Source: a virus (taxonomy: Duplodnaviria > Caudoviricetes). From it: DNA of 55,661 nt. Below, in pieces: positions 1 to 8,802 of this stretch; the first letter of the stretch is position 1, and the number at the start of each line of letters is the position of its first letter. Under the pieces are notes generated by a model. The model was not told the DNA's origin, did no database searches, and saw only the letters and a list, made by a program, of their open reading frames with translations. Both the position numbers and the translations under genes were made by a program. The stretch is taken from the IMG/VR virus record IMGVR_UViG_3300025122_000018, positions 1 through 55,661 of that record; one strand, written 5' to 3'.

Positions 1-141
1 GGCTGATCTGCTCAGCTACAAGCGTAAGCGAGCGGGTTATAAGTAGTGCATGGGATTTAAGAAGAGAAATATCAAGAGCAACATCGTTGCTTGGTTTCGT
101 AGTCTAGGCGCATTCAGTGTAGGTATGTTTCTCGGCACTTG
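1..141. repeat. Terminal direct repeat / circular assembly overlap (left copy)
   Basis: Identical to 55521-55661 except position 15 (g) vs 55535 (a). Confidence 0.97.
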
Positions 142-202
142 CTACGGCGCTGTGGTTGCGACCCTGACTAGCTACGCTATACTTTCTGTCCTTGGGCCGT
201 AG
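50..202 (+). CDS. Small membrane protein (50 aa)
   Basis: ATG 3 nt after the phosphoesterase stop across the circular junction; MGFKKRNIKSNIVAWFRSLGAFSVGMFLGTCYGAVVATLTSYAILSVLGP has a basic N-terminus and a hydrophobic stretch. Confidence 0.55.
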   Translation: MGFKKRNIKSNIVAWFRSLGAFSVGMFLGTCYGAVVATLTSYAILSVLGP

Positions 203-1100
203 GCGCTTGCTTGAATCCGATTATCTTATTGAATGTATCGGCGGCCTGTTCATTGGTAACGTCGGGGTGTGTATCAAGAAGCTTCTTCATTTCCCAGAAC
301 CAAAGGCCAGTAGCTTTGTAAATATCCTCTCTCTCTCTTATGCTTTGAATATCATCGGGGATATACTGGGGAGTCTCTGGTCGATATAGCGCCAGATGCG
401 AGCGACCAGCGAGTAGCCATGCTATCATCTCTGAGCTACTTTTGTGCTCATCGTCTGTTGCATAGTGTGGAATATCTGGGAAGAGTTCCCTCATGTATAT
501 TAGGTTATACCAGCCAGCCTTTCGGAATGCCTCTCTATATTCGTCTCTGGTGTAATCTACGCCGGGTGGAATGACCACATCGCTTGGCCCCCCCTTTTTC
601 CCAATGGCCCACTCTAGATTTTCCGGTATAAAGCCGTGCGCCAACTCATGGTGCTTCATGCCTGTCTTCAACCCCTCACTTATCTTCGGGCCGCCTATTG
701 TGATCTTCCCCATCCCTGATCCTTGAGATCCGGGGGAGTAATATGCCGGTGCGCCTAGCTCTTCGGCAGCAGCCGGATCGTGTACAGCCTCAGTTTCCCA
801 TATTTGATATTGTAAGTATGGGAATATGTTCTTATCGTACTCTGCCGCCGCTGCTTCGTATGAGGTTGGGTTTCCTGCGTAGTCTCGTTGGTCCATTAGA
901 AACCGTATGTAAGACTCTCTGCCGAGACCACGATGGAGACTTGTTTCTTTCCCAGCCATCTGTTCGATCATGTTGACCGGAGCCTGAGCTTGAGATTCTG
1001 GGTAGCGCCCCCACTCATCGCGTAGGTCTTCAGTCGGCTTAGAGGTAGGCTTAGTCGGCTCAGGGATAATCGGAGGTTGTCGGTAATGGTCAGGCAGCAT
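177..1100 (-). CDS. Putative zincin-like metallopeptidase (HExxH)
   Basis: 307-aa ORF; beta-strand KITIGG, then HHELAH (636-653), then downstream SEMIAW as candidate third ligand. Confidence 0.6.
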   Translation of the reverse strand: MLPDHYRQPPIIPEPTKPTSKPTEDLRDEWGRYPESQAQAPVNMIEQMAGKETSLHRGLGRESYIRFLMDQRDYAGNPTSYEAAAAEYDKNIFPYLQYQIWETEAVHDPAAAEELGAPAYYSPGSQGSGMGKITIGGPKISEGLKTGMKHHELAHGFIPENLEWAIGKKGGPSDVVIPPGVDYTRDEYREAFRKAGWYNLIYMRELFPDIPHYATDDEHKSSSEMIAWLLAGRSHLALYRPETPQYIPDDIQSIREREDIYKATGLWFWEMKKLLDTHPDVTNEQAADTFNKIIGFKQAPTAQGQKV

Positions 1101-1213
1101 GAGGTCTTATAACATAAAGGGTGTGATTCTCCACCATTGCGAACGGTTCAAGACGATCCGGTACAACACGAATCGCTGTGCAGGTACTAAGTTGTACTTG
1201 CATGGAGGTGCGT

Positions 1214-1411
1214 ATGTCTATGGAGAAGGCTGTAATAGTTTCTTTGGTTGTTGTTGTTATGGTGGGTATCCTATCATTTTTCGGTACAACTATATCGTGG
1301 GGGTTTACTACTCTCGCAGACTGCTTTGCTGAAAGTTTTGATTCGTCCTGTTATAGTAAGAGTGATAACGAACAAGTTGATGTTGACGACCCGATGTGGT
1401 GGCCCCATTAA
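1214..1411 (+). CDS. Small membrane-anchored protein
   Basis: GGAGGTG RBS before ATG 1214; hydrophobic N-terminus AVIVSLVVVVMVGILSFFG. Confidence 0.6.
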   Translation: MSMEKAVIVSLVVVVMVGILSFFGTTISWGFTTLADCFAESFDSSCYSKSDNEQVDVDDPMWWPH

Positions 1412-1423
1412 AGAGAGGAATAG

Positions 1424-3964
1424 ATGGCGGAAGAGTACACCCTACTTCGATATGGTCTAGGTGGGCAGCACTCTACCGATGAGCAGATCCGTCTTGAGAA
1501 AGCGAGAGCGGAAGAGAGGTTTAGTAAGAAATCGAAACAAGCTGTGATAGATGCTGAGATGGAGGCCGCCCTCCCTACTCCTGAAAATGTTGAAGACTTG
1601 ACTATGGAGCAGATATACCAAACCAGACGAGGGGGGCGGGGCGGAAGCGGTGTCCTCAATAGAATGCGTCTGGCTGAAGAGTTTGAACCAGCGGTGGAAT
1701 CTGAAACAGGAATCAACACTCTGTCTGGGGCGGTGATCGACCCACTTAGGATTGGATATAAGGGTGGCCCACTAGAGAGTGAGAGGGAGTCTCAGGTTAT
1801 GGGAGACTATTTGCTTGGCCCCACTAAAGAGTTTTTGATATCTCCAGAACTGGCAAGAGCATATCTTAACAAGGCCAAGGAAGTGGATGCCTCTGGCACA
1901 CCATACAGATACATAGATCCGAAGATCGAGAAAGAGTTGAGGAACATAGCTTATCCAACCCCTACGATGGACAGGTCTGGCCGAACTAGACCAACCCCAA
2001 CATGGGAAGAAAGGACGCGAGATCTGGCGCTTCCGCTTGATGCTTTAGATCCACTAGGTGATGTCGTTAGGGTCGGCAGTGGTCTTGCCCATGTCGGTGC
2101 TGGTGTTGCTACGGATAAGCCAAAGCTTACTCAGGCTGGTATAGGTCTGAGCACGGAGGGTGCTATTGGCCTTCTGTTCACAGGCGGAATGGCAGCAATG
2201 GGCACTAGGCTTGCAACTAACCCAGAAGCAAGGGCGGCGGTTGGGGAGTTCGTTTCGGGCGTGAGCGGAAATAAGACCGCTATTGTCGCCTCAAAAGTAG
2301 TGCTGAGATATCCAGATTTGTTTGGTCCAGCCCATAGACAGGCGGCGGAAGAGGTGCTTGATAAGGTTGCTCGCAAAGAGAGTGGGGTAGCCGCTCGTCA
2401 GGCCCAGCTTGAGGGTGTCACAGATCCCACTACTACTCAGTTTGATGAAGCCCTAAATCCGGGCCGACCGATCCGGTCTGAAAACCCTATGCTGGCACCG
2501 GGCGTAAAGAGAGGGGAGTTTCAATCAACCCGGCAGGGCTATGACGAGGCGCTTTCCGAACTACAGGAAGCTGGTATTGATCCAATGACTGATACTATTT
2601 TGTATAGACAGGGAGCGTTGGATAGGCTGGCAACAGAGGGCTTTGATACGGCGCTTGCAGCTAAGAAAGCACATATGAAGGAAACTAGACATCAGCTAAA
2701 CGAGGCGCTTGAGCGTGCTTGGGAGGCCGAGCATGGCAGTGTACCCCACAAGCCTTTCCACTTTTACGATCTGGATGATCTACCAGATGTGGCTGAATCT
2801 GCGTTAGTTGAAGGGGAGAATATAATTCTTTCAGATCTTTTCGCTGTTGCGTCAACGGCTCGGGATGATTTTGCTGAGTTTTGGGGGAAGAAGATGGACA
2901 TCGACGACACGGTTAGACAACTTCGGGTAGTGCAAGCGGCAGATGTTCATGGGCAAAAGCTGGCACATGCTAATACGACCAGTGTTGCTGCACGGGCATA
3001 TGGGCCGGACTATAAAAACAATCCTATGTTCCAACTAAAACAAGCAGATTACAAGCTAACGGTTGAGCCGTATGTCTTTGATAAATATATCCGAGAATCT
3101 GGAGAGATTATTCTCTCTGGTCAACAGCATCTTGAAAATATAGTGGCAGATAGTCTGTTAGACCCGGTAACTAATAATATTGCAAAAAGAATGCTTAATT
3201 CTGGGATTCTTAAGAATGTGCCTGTTGTTTTTGGAGGTAAGCCTAATCCGCGTAGTGGTGGGTATTATCGTCCGAAGGGCGGGGGGATGGTGAATGGTAT
3301 CGATCAGGGCATCGTAGTAATTAACGGTGGCTCTAACGCCGTTTATAATCAATATTCGCTTATACACGAACTGGAGCACGCCCTTACTGTCAGGCTTATA
3401 AGGGGTCAGCTTGGGCCTAAATATGTTAAGAAAGCAGAAAAAATGAATCAGGATATTGCGGCTCTAAGAAAGCATGTTGATCGTTATATCTTGGAAGCCC
3501 TTGATCGTGGAGATGAAGGTATGGCTCTTGCTATTAACCGGTCTGGCCTACTCTCAGGGCGTGGCCTCCAACCAGATATAGAACCTAGTGAATTAGCAAA
3601 GCAACTTAGGAGGGGTTCGTCTGGTGGAAGGCCGTCGCCTTGGTCATATGGAAATTATGATAATCTAGAGTTTCTATCAGAGTTATATGGTAACCCCGAA
3701 TTTAGAGAGGTATTAAAGATGGTGCCTATTCCAAGACAGTTTAGGGGTAGCGATCTTGGGCTGGAATCAGCACAACCAAATGCTCTTCAAAGAGTACTGG
3801 GTGGTATATCTGAGGCGCTGGGAGTAGAAAGGAAAGAGCTTGATAGCTTATATCATGCTATGGATGTGAGGGGGAGATTTGGGGCAGATGTTGTTGCTGA
3901 TAATCCGGGTCAAGGTATTCTTAGAGATGTTGGTCAAGGTGAGTACTCGCTCAGACCCCAATAG
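1424..3964 (+). CDS. Polyvalent/virion-cargo-like protein with C-terminal zincin (MPTase-type) domain
   Basis: 846 aa; GGYYRPK...LIHELEHALT (3365-3379)...EFLSELYGNPEF; Gly-rich hydrophobic helices in the N-terminal half; AGAGG RBS. Confidence 0.7.
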   Translation: MAEEYTLLRYGLGGQHSTDEQIRLEKARAEERFSKKSKQAVIDAEMEAALPTPENVEDLTMEQIYQTRRGGRGGSGVLNRMRLAEEFEPAVESETGINTLSGAVIDPLRIGYKGGPLESERESQVMGDYLLGPTKEFLISPELARAYLNKAKEVDASGTPYRYIDPKIEKELRNIAYPTPTMDRSGRTRPTPTWEERTRDLALPLDALDPLGDVVRVGSGLAHVGAGVATDKPKLTQAGIGLSTEGAIGLLFTGGMAAMGTRLATNPEARAAVGEFVSGVSGNKTAIVASKVVLRYPDLFGPAHRQAAEEVLDKVARKESGVAARQAQLEGVTDPTTTQFDEALNPGRPIRSENPMLAPGVKRGEFQSTRQGYDEALSELQEAGIDPMTDTILYRQGALDRLATEGFDTALAAKKAHMKETRHQLNEALERAWEAEHGSVPHKPFHFYDLDDLPDVAESALVEGENIILSDLFAVASTARDDFAEFWGKKMDIDDTVRQLRVVQAADVHGQKLAHANTTSVAARAYGPDYKNNPMFQLKQADYKLTVEPYVFDKYIRESGEIILSGQQHLENIVADSLLDPVTNNIAKRMLNSGILKNVPVVFGGKPNPRSGGYYRPKGGGMVNGIDQGIVVINGGSNAVYNQYSLIHELEHALTVRLIRGQLGPKYVKKAEKMNQDIAALRKHVDRYILEALDRGDEGMALAINRSGLLSGRGLQPDIEPSELAKQLRRGSSGGRPSPWSYGNYDNLEFLSELYGNPEFREVLKMVPIPRQFRGSDLGLESAQPNALQRVLGGISEALGVERKELDSLYHAMDVRGRFGADVVADNPGQGILRDVGQGEYSLRPQ

Positions 3965-4096
3965 GCATGATTCTCTCCCTCCCGATAAAGAAACTTGGCA
4001 TACTCAAGAGGGCTGGTTGGGTAACGGGTTAAATCATTAGTGTGTCTGCTTCAGTGAAACACATTATAATAACAAAAGCTTCTAGAGAGGATTCAA

Positions 4097-4459
4097 ATGG
4101 CTACGACTAAGGGTGGATTTAGAAGAACGCTGACTTATAAGTTGAGTCAAGTTACGGACCAAGCAACTGATGTTACTCAAGACCTCTCTGGTTCGTCCGG
4201 TCGGGTCTTCTTTGTTAAGGTTGTCGGCGGTTCTGGAGATGCCTATCTTAAATTCTATGATACCGACCCTGTTGTGGCTGGCACCACCGCACCGCTTTTC
4301 GTCTTATATGCGAAGGCAAGCGTCACAACAGAGATGTTTATTCCTCAAGGCATTCCTTTTACAAACAGTATCTCAATCTATGCTAACAGTACTGACGGAG
4401 ATGGCGGCACTACAGCCGGGTTTGGTTCAACTATAAATGTTACTATAGTGAGTAATTAG
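4097..4459 (+). CDS. Small beta-rich putative virion structural protein
   Basis: 120 aa, Thr/Gly/Ser-rich; GAGG RBS; paralogous to the next gene. Confidence 0.6.
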   Translation: MATTKGGFRRTLTYKLSQVTDQATDVTQDLSGSSGRVFFVKVVGGSGDAYLKFYDTDPVVAGTTAPLFVLYAKASVTTEMFIPQGIPFTNSISIYANSTDGDGGTTAGFGSTINVTIVSN

Positions 4460-4467
4460 GAGATATA

Positions 4468-4848
4468 ATGGCAGTTGTTGTAACAGAATTTGGGACGCAT
4501 AGTGTCTCTAAGATCATCAGAGATACTGACTCTGATACTACCGTTGAGTCGAACATAAACTCTGGAGCAGCTACTGTTCAGCAGATCTCAATCAACAACT
4601 CGGTTAATGCAAGTGATCCTTTCTACTTGAGTATATGGAATGTCACAAGTTCTCCGACATTTGGAACGACTAAGCCACATACAGTTTTGTTCTGCCCAGC
4701 AGGAAGCGCCATAGATTATATCTTTCCCGGTGGTCTTGCTTTCGGAACAGGAATGGCAATAGGTGGATCGAAGACTCAGGGTTTGGTAGCGAGTTGGAGT
4801 CCCGCCAACCCAAGCAACTCTGTTGCGGTAGCCATCTATATCCAGTAG
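4468..4848 (+). CDS. Small beta-rich putative virion structural protein (paralog of previous)
   Basis: YLSIWN..GTTKP..FPGGLAFGTGMAI aligns with YLKFYD..GTTAP..IPQGIPFTNSISI; AGGAG RBS. Confidence 0.6.
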   Translation: MAVVVTEFGTHSVSKIIRDTDSDTTVESNINSGAATVQQISINNSVNASDPFYLSIWNVTSSPTFGTTKPHTVLFCPAGSAIDYIFPGGLAFGTGMAIGGSKTQGLVASWSPANPSNSVAVAIYIQ

Positions 4849-5769
4849 CTAAGCCTTTCTGACGACATCGAAGAGTTCTTGCTTATAGCGCATTCCCTCT
4901 TCGGTTTCAGGCTCCCAATCGTTTACGAGATCGGCAACTGATTTTTCTTTGTCATCTGACATCGGATAGCCTTGAGCCTCAAGCCACTCTGACTTGAACT
5001 TCTCTTTGATCTCGTTATAGGCTTTTCCTTTGGTTAAAACTACGCCCTTAGCCTTGCTGCCCTTAGGTACAGTTAAGATTTTGATAGATCCGTCATCTAG
5101 AAACTCGTAAGACCAGCCGCCCTGATCCTTAACCTCGACACCCTTAAGTCCCAGCGGGTCACCCTCTTCTCCAAGAAGCTCAGCCTCTATAGCATCTCCG
5201 GGGCCAGCCTTCTTAGACTTTGACTTTGGAGGAGCAGATGGAAGCTCCTCTTCTGCTGGCGCTCCCTGACGCAAGGTGAACCATTCTTTATCTGGATCGT
5301 CGTGATATTCGGTTCGTCCCTTGGGTGGTGCAGCGCCGGGAAGATAGAAGGCATTCCCCTCCTCATCATATGTAATCTTAGGAAGCTCTGGCTTCTTTTG
5401 AGCCTCTTCTATTATGTCCCAATCTGCAAGGAGGCTTGGCTCCGATGACGCATATCTACCGGGGCTTCCCTTAAGACCCTTGGCGATAGAACCAGTAGTC
5501 GGAGTAACTATATAATCTCTGGGATGTGTTCTTGGGCCGCCGATTGTGGGATACCTACTTCGGGTAGACTTTTCTGCGCCCGTGGCCGCATCTATAATAT
5601 TCTTTAGATTTTGGCCAGATGCCATCGACATGAGCATGTCTCGAACAGCCTGTTTGACGGCCAACTCCTCTGTTGCTTTCGCCTGTTTGACGGCCAACTC
5701 CTCTGTTACTTTCTCTTGAACATCTGCTAGATGTGGTGGTAAGTTGATGGAAATCTTTTCTTTCGCCAT
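4849..5769 (-). CDS. Hypothetical protein
   Basis: 306-aa ORF, GGGAG RBS, charged/Pro-rich. Confidence 0.75.
   Translation of the reverse strand: MAKEKISINLPPHLADVQEKVTEELAVKQAKATEELAVKQAVRDMLMSMASGQNLKNIIDAATGAEKSTRSRYPTIGGPRTHPRDYIVTPTTGSIAKGLKGSPGRYASSEPSLLADWDIIEEAQKKPELPKITYDEEGNAFYLPGAAPPKGRTEYHDDPDKEWFTLRQGAPAEEELPSAPPKSKSKKAGPGDAIEAELLGEEGDPLGLKGVEVKDQGGWSYEFLDDGSIKILTVPKGSKAKGVVLTKGKAYNEIKEKFKSEWLEAQGYPMSDDKEKSVADLVNDWEPETEEGMRYKQELFDVVRKA
5648..5713. repeat. 33-bp tandem duplication (x2) encoding TEELAVKQA
   Basis: gcctgtttgacggccaactcctctgtt(g/a)ctttc at 5648 and 5681. Confidence 0.9.
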
Positions 5770-5838
5770 GTGTTCTCCCTAATCAAACATCATATAACAT
5801 AACGATTAACTTGCGACATTGCCCTCGACAATATATCA

Positions 5839-6279
5839 ATGTCTAGGGGTTGTCAGATGAACGGAAGTATCACAGAAAGTGAGCATGAGTTCTTTTTTCA
5901 GGGGAAGGAAAAGGAAGATGCTTTTGATGCGGCTGCAAAAAGATTGTTCGTTGTATTGGGTAGACTTAGGCACACTTTCCGGGGGAATAATCTCCGCGCA
6001 ACTGGCACCCTCTCACTTAAAGAGCCGCTACATAAGGTTGACAAGATCAGATGGTCTGGTATTCGTGGAGACTTTATGATTAAAATGCAGGACAAAGATA
6101 ATTGGATACCTCTCTCAGAGGCTTCAGCAGATAGACCGTGGCTTATGATTCCTTTAGTTAGGAACGGGAAAGAGCTATTTCAGATAGCGTTTGATATAAA
6201 ACAATCAATGTCTGAAGACATGGGGTCTTGCGCGGATAGTGGAGAGGCCCAGATCGCACAAATATTGGAGAACAAATGA
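5839..6279 (+). CDS. Hypothetical protein
   Basis: 146-aa ORF (start may be 5857); ATGA coupling with next gene. Confidence 0.7.
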   Translation: MSRGCQMNGSITESEHEFFFQGKEKEDAFDAAAKRLFVVLGRLRHTFRGNNLRATGTLSLKEPLHKVDKIRWSGIRGDFMIKMQDKDNWIPLSEASADRPWLMIPLVRNGKELFQIAFDIKQSMSEDMGSCADSGEAQIAQILENK

Positions 6280-6536
6280 GAGAGCTACTTTCTAAACTAT
6301 CGTCGAAGGATCTTAATCGGCTTAAGATTATAATAATAGACGAGCTTAAAAGCAGGAATCCCCAGAGGGGAAGGAAGATATACCAGAAAACTATTGAGAT
6401 GCTAGAAGACCTCCATGAGTATCCACCCAGAGAGGTCGCAGATATGTATCTAGTATCTAGGCAATATGCCTATTACCTATGCAAGAAGCACAGCATTATA
6501 CCAGTTAGGCATCGCAAATTAGAACGCCGAAACTAG
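6276..6536 (+). CDS. HTH DNA-binding protein
   Basis: PREVADMYLVSRQYAYYL helix-turn-helix pattern; GGAG RBS. Confidence 0.55.
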   Translation: MRELLSKLSSKDLNRLKIIIIDELKSRNPQRGRKIYQKTIEMLEDLHEYPPREVADMYLVSRQYAYYLCKKHSIIPVRHRKLERRN

Positions 6537-6801
6537 GAACAAAGGTGTACTCATCTTTCCCAGAAATGATTGTTGCTGGCTGGCCTCTGGAGCATCTTGC
6601 TGTAATGATTGTCATCGCCGTCTTTACCTCTTGCTCTGTCTCAAAAGGAAGAACTATTGATGTGCCAAATGTTACAACTCGTATCGAATGCTTGGGCTTC
6701 TTTGCAGCCTTCTTAACAGGGGCGGCTTTCTTTTTAGCTGGTTTATCTGCTGCTTTCTTTGCGGCATCTACCCAAGGTGTGTCAACTTTTTTCGTAGGCA
6801 T
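6505..6801 (-). CDS. Hypothetical protein with Lys/Ala-rich (histone H1-like) N-terminus
   Basis: AAKKAADKPAKKKAAPVKKAAKKPK; GGAG RBS on the - strand. Confidence 0.65.
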   Translation of the reverse strand: MPTKKVDTPWVDAAKKAADKPAKKKAAPVKKAAKKPKHSIRVVTFGTSIVLPFETEQEVKTAMTIITARCSRGQPATIISGKDEYTFVPSFGVLICDA

Positions 6802-6854
6802 AGTAACTCCGTGTTATGGTTGCTTGTAGCCCTTTGAGCATAACTGGAGTCAAC

Positions 6855-7160
6855 ATGAGTGACAAGAAAGAAGATACAAATATTTTTGATGATCGCTTCT
6901 CATTAGAGGACTACGATGGTATATTGCGGAGTCTGGAGCTTGTTGCAGATGGAATATTTACTGACAAGCTGAGGAAGGATAAGGCTGACCTTTTGATTAA
7001 GATTCTTGGTGCAGCTAGAATGACTATATCTGAGAGGAGGAAGAGCACTGCCTTGACCAATCAGGCGGTTAATCCACAGCCCCTTAACTCCAAGTCTCAG
7101 TCTTCGATTGGTTCGACTGGGCCGTTCTCTGTGTATCCACTGCCTAAAAAGATGGTATGA
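6855..7160 (+). CDS. Putative terminase small subunit
   Basis: GGAG RBS, helical, directly upstream of and coupled (ATGA) to TerL; positional call. Confidence 0.45.
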   Translation: MSDKKEDTNIFDDRFSLEDYDGILRSLELVADGIFTDKLRKDKADLLIKILGAARMTISERRKSTALTNQAVNPQPLNSKSQSSIGSTGPFSVYPLPKKMV

Positions 7161-8794
7161 TATACTCGCCAGATCATCCTGACTTTTGGAACCCAGAGAT
7201 CTTTCTTCCTATGCTAAGCATAAGAACTAAGTCAGGAAAGGTTGAGCCATTTAATCTCTGGAGCCACCAGAAGATATTGGCCGCAGCCACAATGCGTTGT
7301 TACGCAGAGAGAAAGTGGTTGTGCCATGTTAAGCCCCGACAGGAAGGTAGCTCTACATTTTTTACTGGTCTTCTTTACCAGCATGTCGCGTTTAGATCTG
7401 GTTGTTATGCTGGCATAGTAGCCCATAAAAGAGAGGCTGCTGAGAAGTTAGCAAGGATAGCTATACGATATCATCAGACATGCCCGAGGCAGATAAGGCC
7501 ACTAAAAACTCCGGGGCTAAAAAGAACCTTAGAGTTTCCAAGAGATGGCGGTGGAGATAGTCTGCTGACTACTGCATCTACCAAAGATGATGAACCTTTG
7601 CGTGGTGATACTGCTCAGGTAGTCTTGGCGACAGAGATAAGTTCTTGGAGCGGCAGACAGGGCGAGGAGGCTTGGGCCTCGGTTCTTAACGCTGTTCCAG
7701 AAGAGGGCGGCATTGTGTTTGCTGAGAGCACACCCAAGTATTTTGGGGATCAACTACATAAAATATTTGAAGACTCTCACAAGTCTGGGTCTAAGTGGCT
7801 ATCAGTATTCATTCCGTGGACTATGGTTGATGAGTACCAGAAGAAGCCGCCTGTTGGATGGACCCCCCGACCAGAGGTGCTTGATTACGCAAATCAAAAT
7901 GGCCTTACACCTTCTCAGGCTTTTTGGATGCAAACCTCTGGGCTGCCTAAGTGCCGCAATAGCTTTTCTACATTTCAGGCAGAGTACCCAATTAATGAGG
8001 TAGATTGTTTTGGCTTGGCTGGAGATCCGGTATTTGATGTGGAAAAGCTGATGGCTATACTTAAACAGATGGACGGGGGAACGGGGATACTCAAGGAAAG
8101 CAAAGACTTCGAGACTTTCAAAAAGCCGGTGAAGGGGCATCGGTATATTATTGCTGTTGACCCAGCAAGCTCTTGGTCTAAAAAGGATAAGTTTGGGGTT
8201 GAGGTTGTAGACCTGTTCACCTGTGAGCAGGTTGCTGAGTATGAGGGACACATGGATGCCTACTCAATGGCCTCCATGCTTGCTAAGCTGGGCGCAGAAT
8301 ATAACAAGGCAGTCATATATGTTGAAGCAAATGGTGTTGGAGATGCTGTGTTGAGCCATCTCCTATCTCCATCTGTTGGGTATGATCGTGTCTATCATAG
8401 AACTAAGTCAAATGTGTTGAGCGCAGCCTCTGGTGGCTCTCCTGTTCCCGGTTGGTGGGCATCGTCACAATCTAAATCTTCTGCGATAAGTTTTTTAAGA
8501 GAACTCATACATGATGATTCTATTACGATACGCTCTCAGAGACTGATAAGACAGCTTATTCAGTATCGAGGACAATGGGATAAGTTGTCCCGCGATGCAC
8601 GGGGTGGCCACTACGACCTTACCGCAGCCTTCTCATTAGCTGCTTGGGCCTACCGTTATGAGGTTCAGCGTGGTAATATAAGAAAAGAGTCTACTCAGAG
8701 AGAATTGCGGAAAGCTGCTTTCGATAAGCTGTTGGAGAGGATAGAAGGCTCACATGATAATGATTGGAATACCCGATGGGGAAAACATATCTGA
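7157..8794 (+). CDS. terL: Terminase large subunit
   Basis: Walker A-like KPRQEGSST, Walker B VVLATE, ESTP coupling motif, RNase H-like IIAVDPAS, VEANGVG. Confidence 0.92.
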   Translation: MIYSPDHPDFWNPEIFLPMLSIRTKSGKVEPFNLWSHQKILAAATMRCYAERKWLCHVKPRQEGSSTFFTGLLYQHVAFRSGCYAGIVAHKREAAEKLARIAIRYHQTCPRQIRPLKTPGLKRTLEFPRDGGGDSLLTTASTKDDEPLRGDTAQVVLATEISSWSGRQGEEAWASVLNAVPEEGGIVFAESTPKYFGDQLHKIFEDSHKSGSKWLSVFIPWTMVDEYQKKPPVGWTPRPEVLDYANQNGLTPSQAFWMQTSGLPKCRNSFSTFQAEYPINEVDCFGLAGDPVFDVEKLMAILKQMDGGTGILKESKDFETFKKPVKGHRYIIAVDPASSWSKKDKFGVEVVDLFTCEQVAEYEGHMDAYSMASMLAKLGAEYNKAVIYVEANGVGDAVLSHLLSPSVGYDRVYHRTKSNVLSAASGGSPVPGWWASSQSKSSAISFLRELIHDDSITIRSQRLIRQLIQYRGQWDKLSRDARGGHYDLTAAFSLAAWAYRYEVQRGNIRKESTQRELRKAAFDKLLERIEGSHDNDWNTRWGKHI

Positions 8795-8802
8795 GGTAAC
8801 TG

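Noticed and set aside
5060-5130. FLDDG shared between ORF 4849-5769 and the C-terminus of ORF 21632-23809
   Set aside because: Match is too short to support homology
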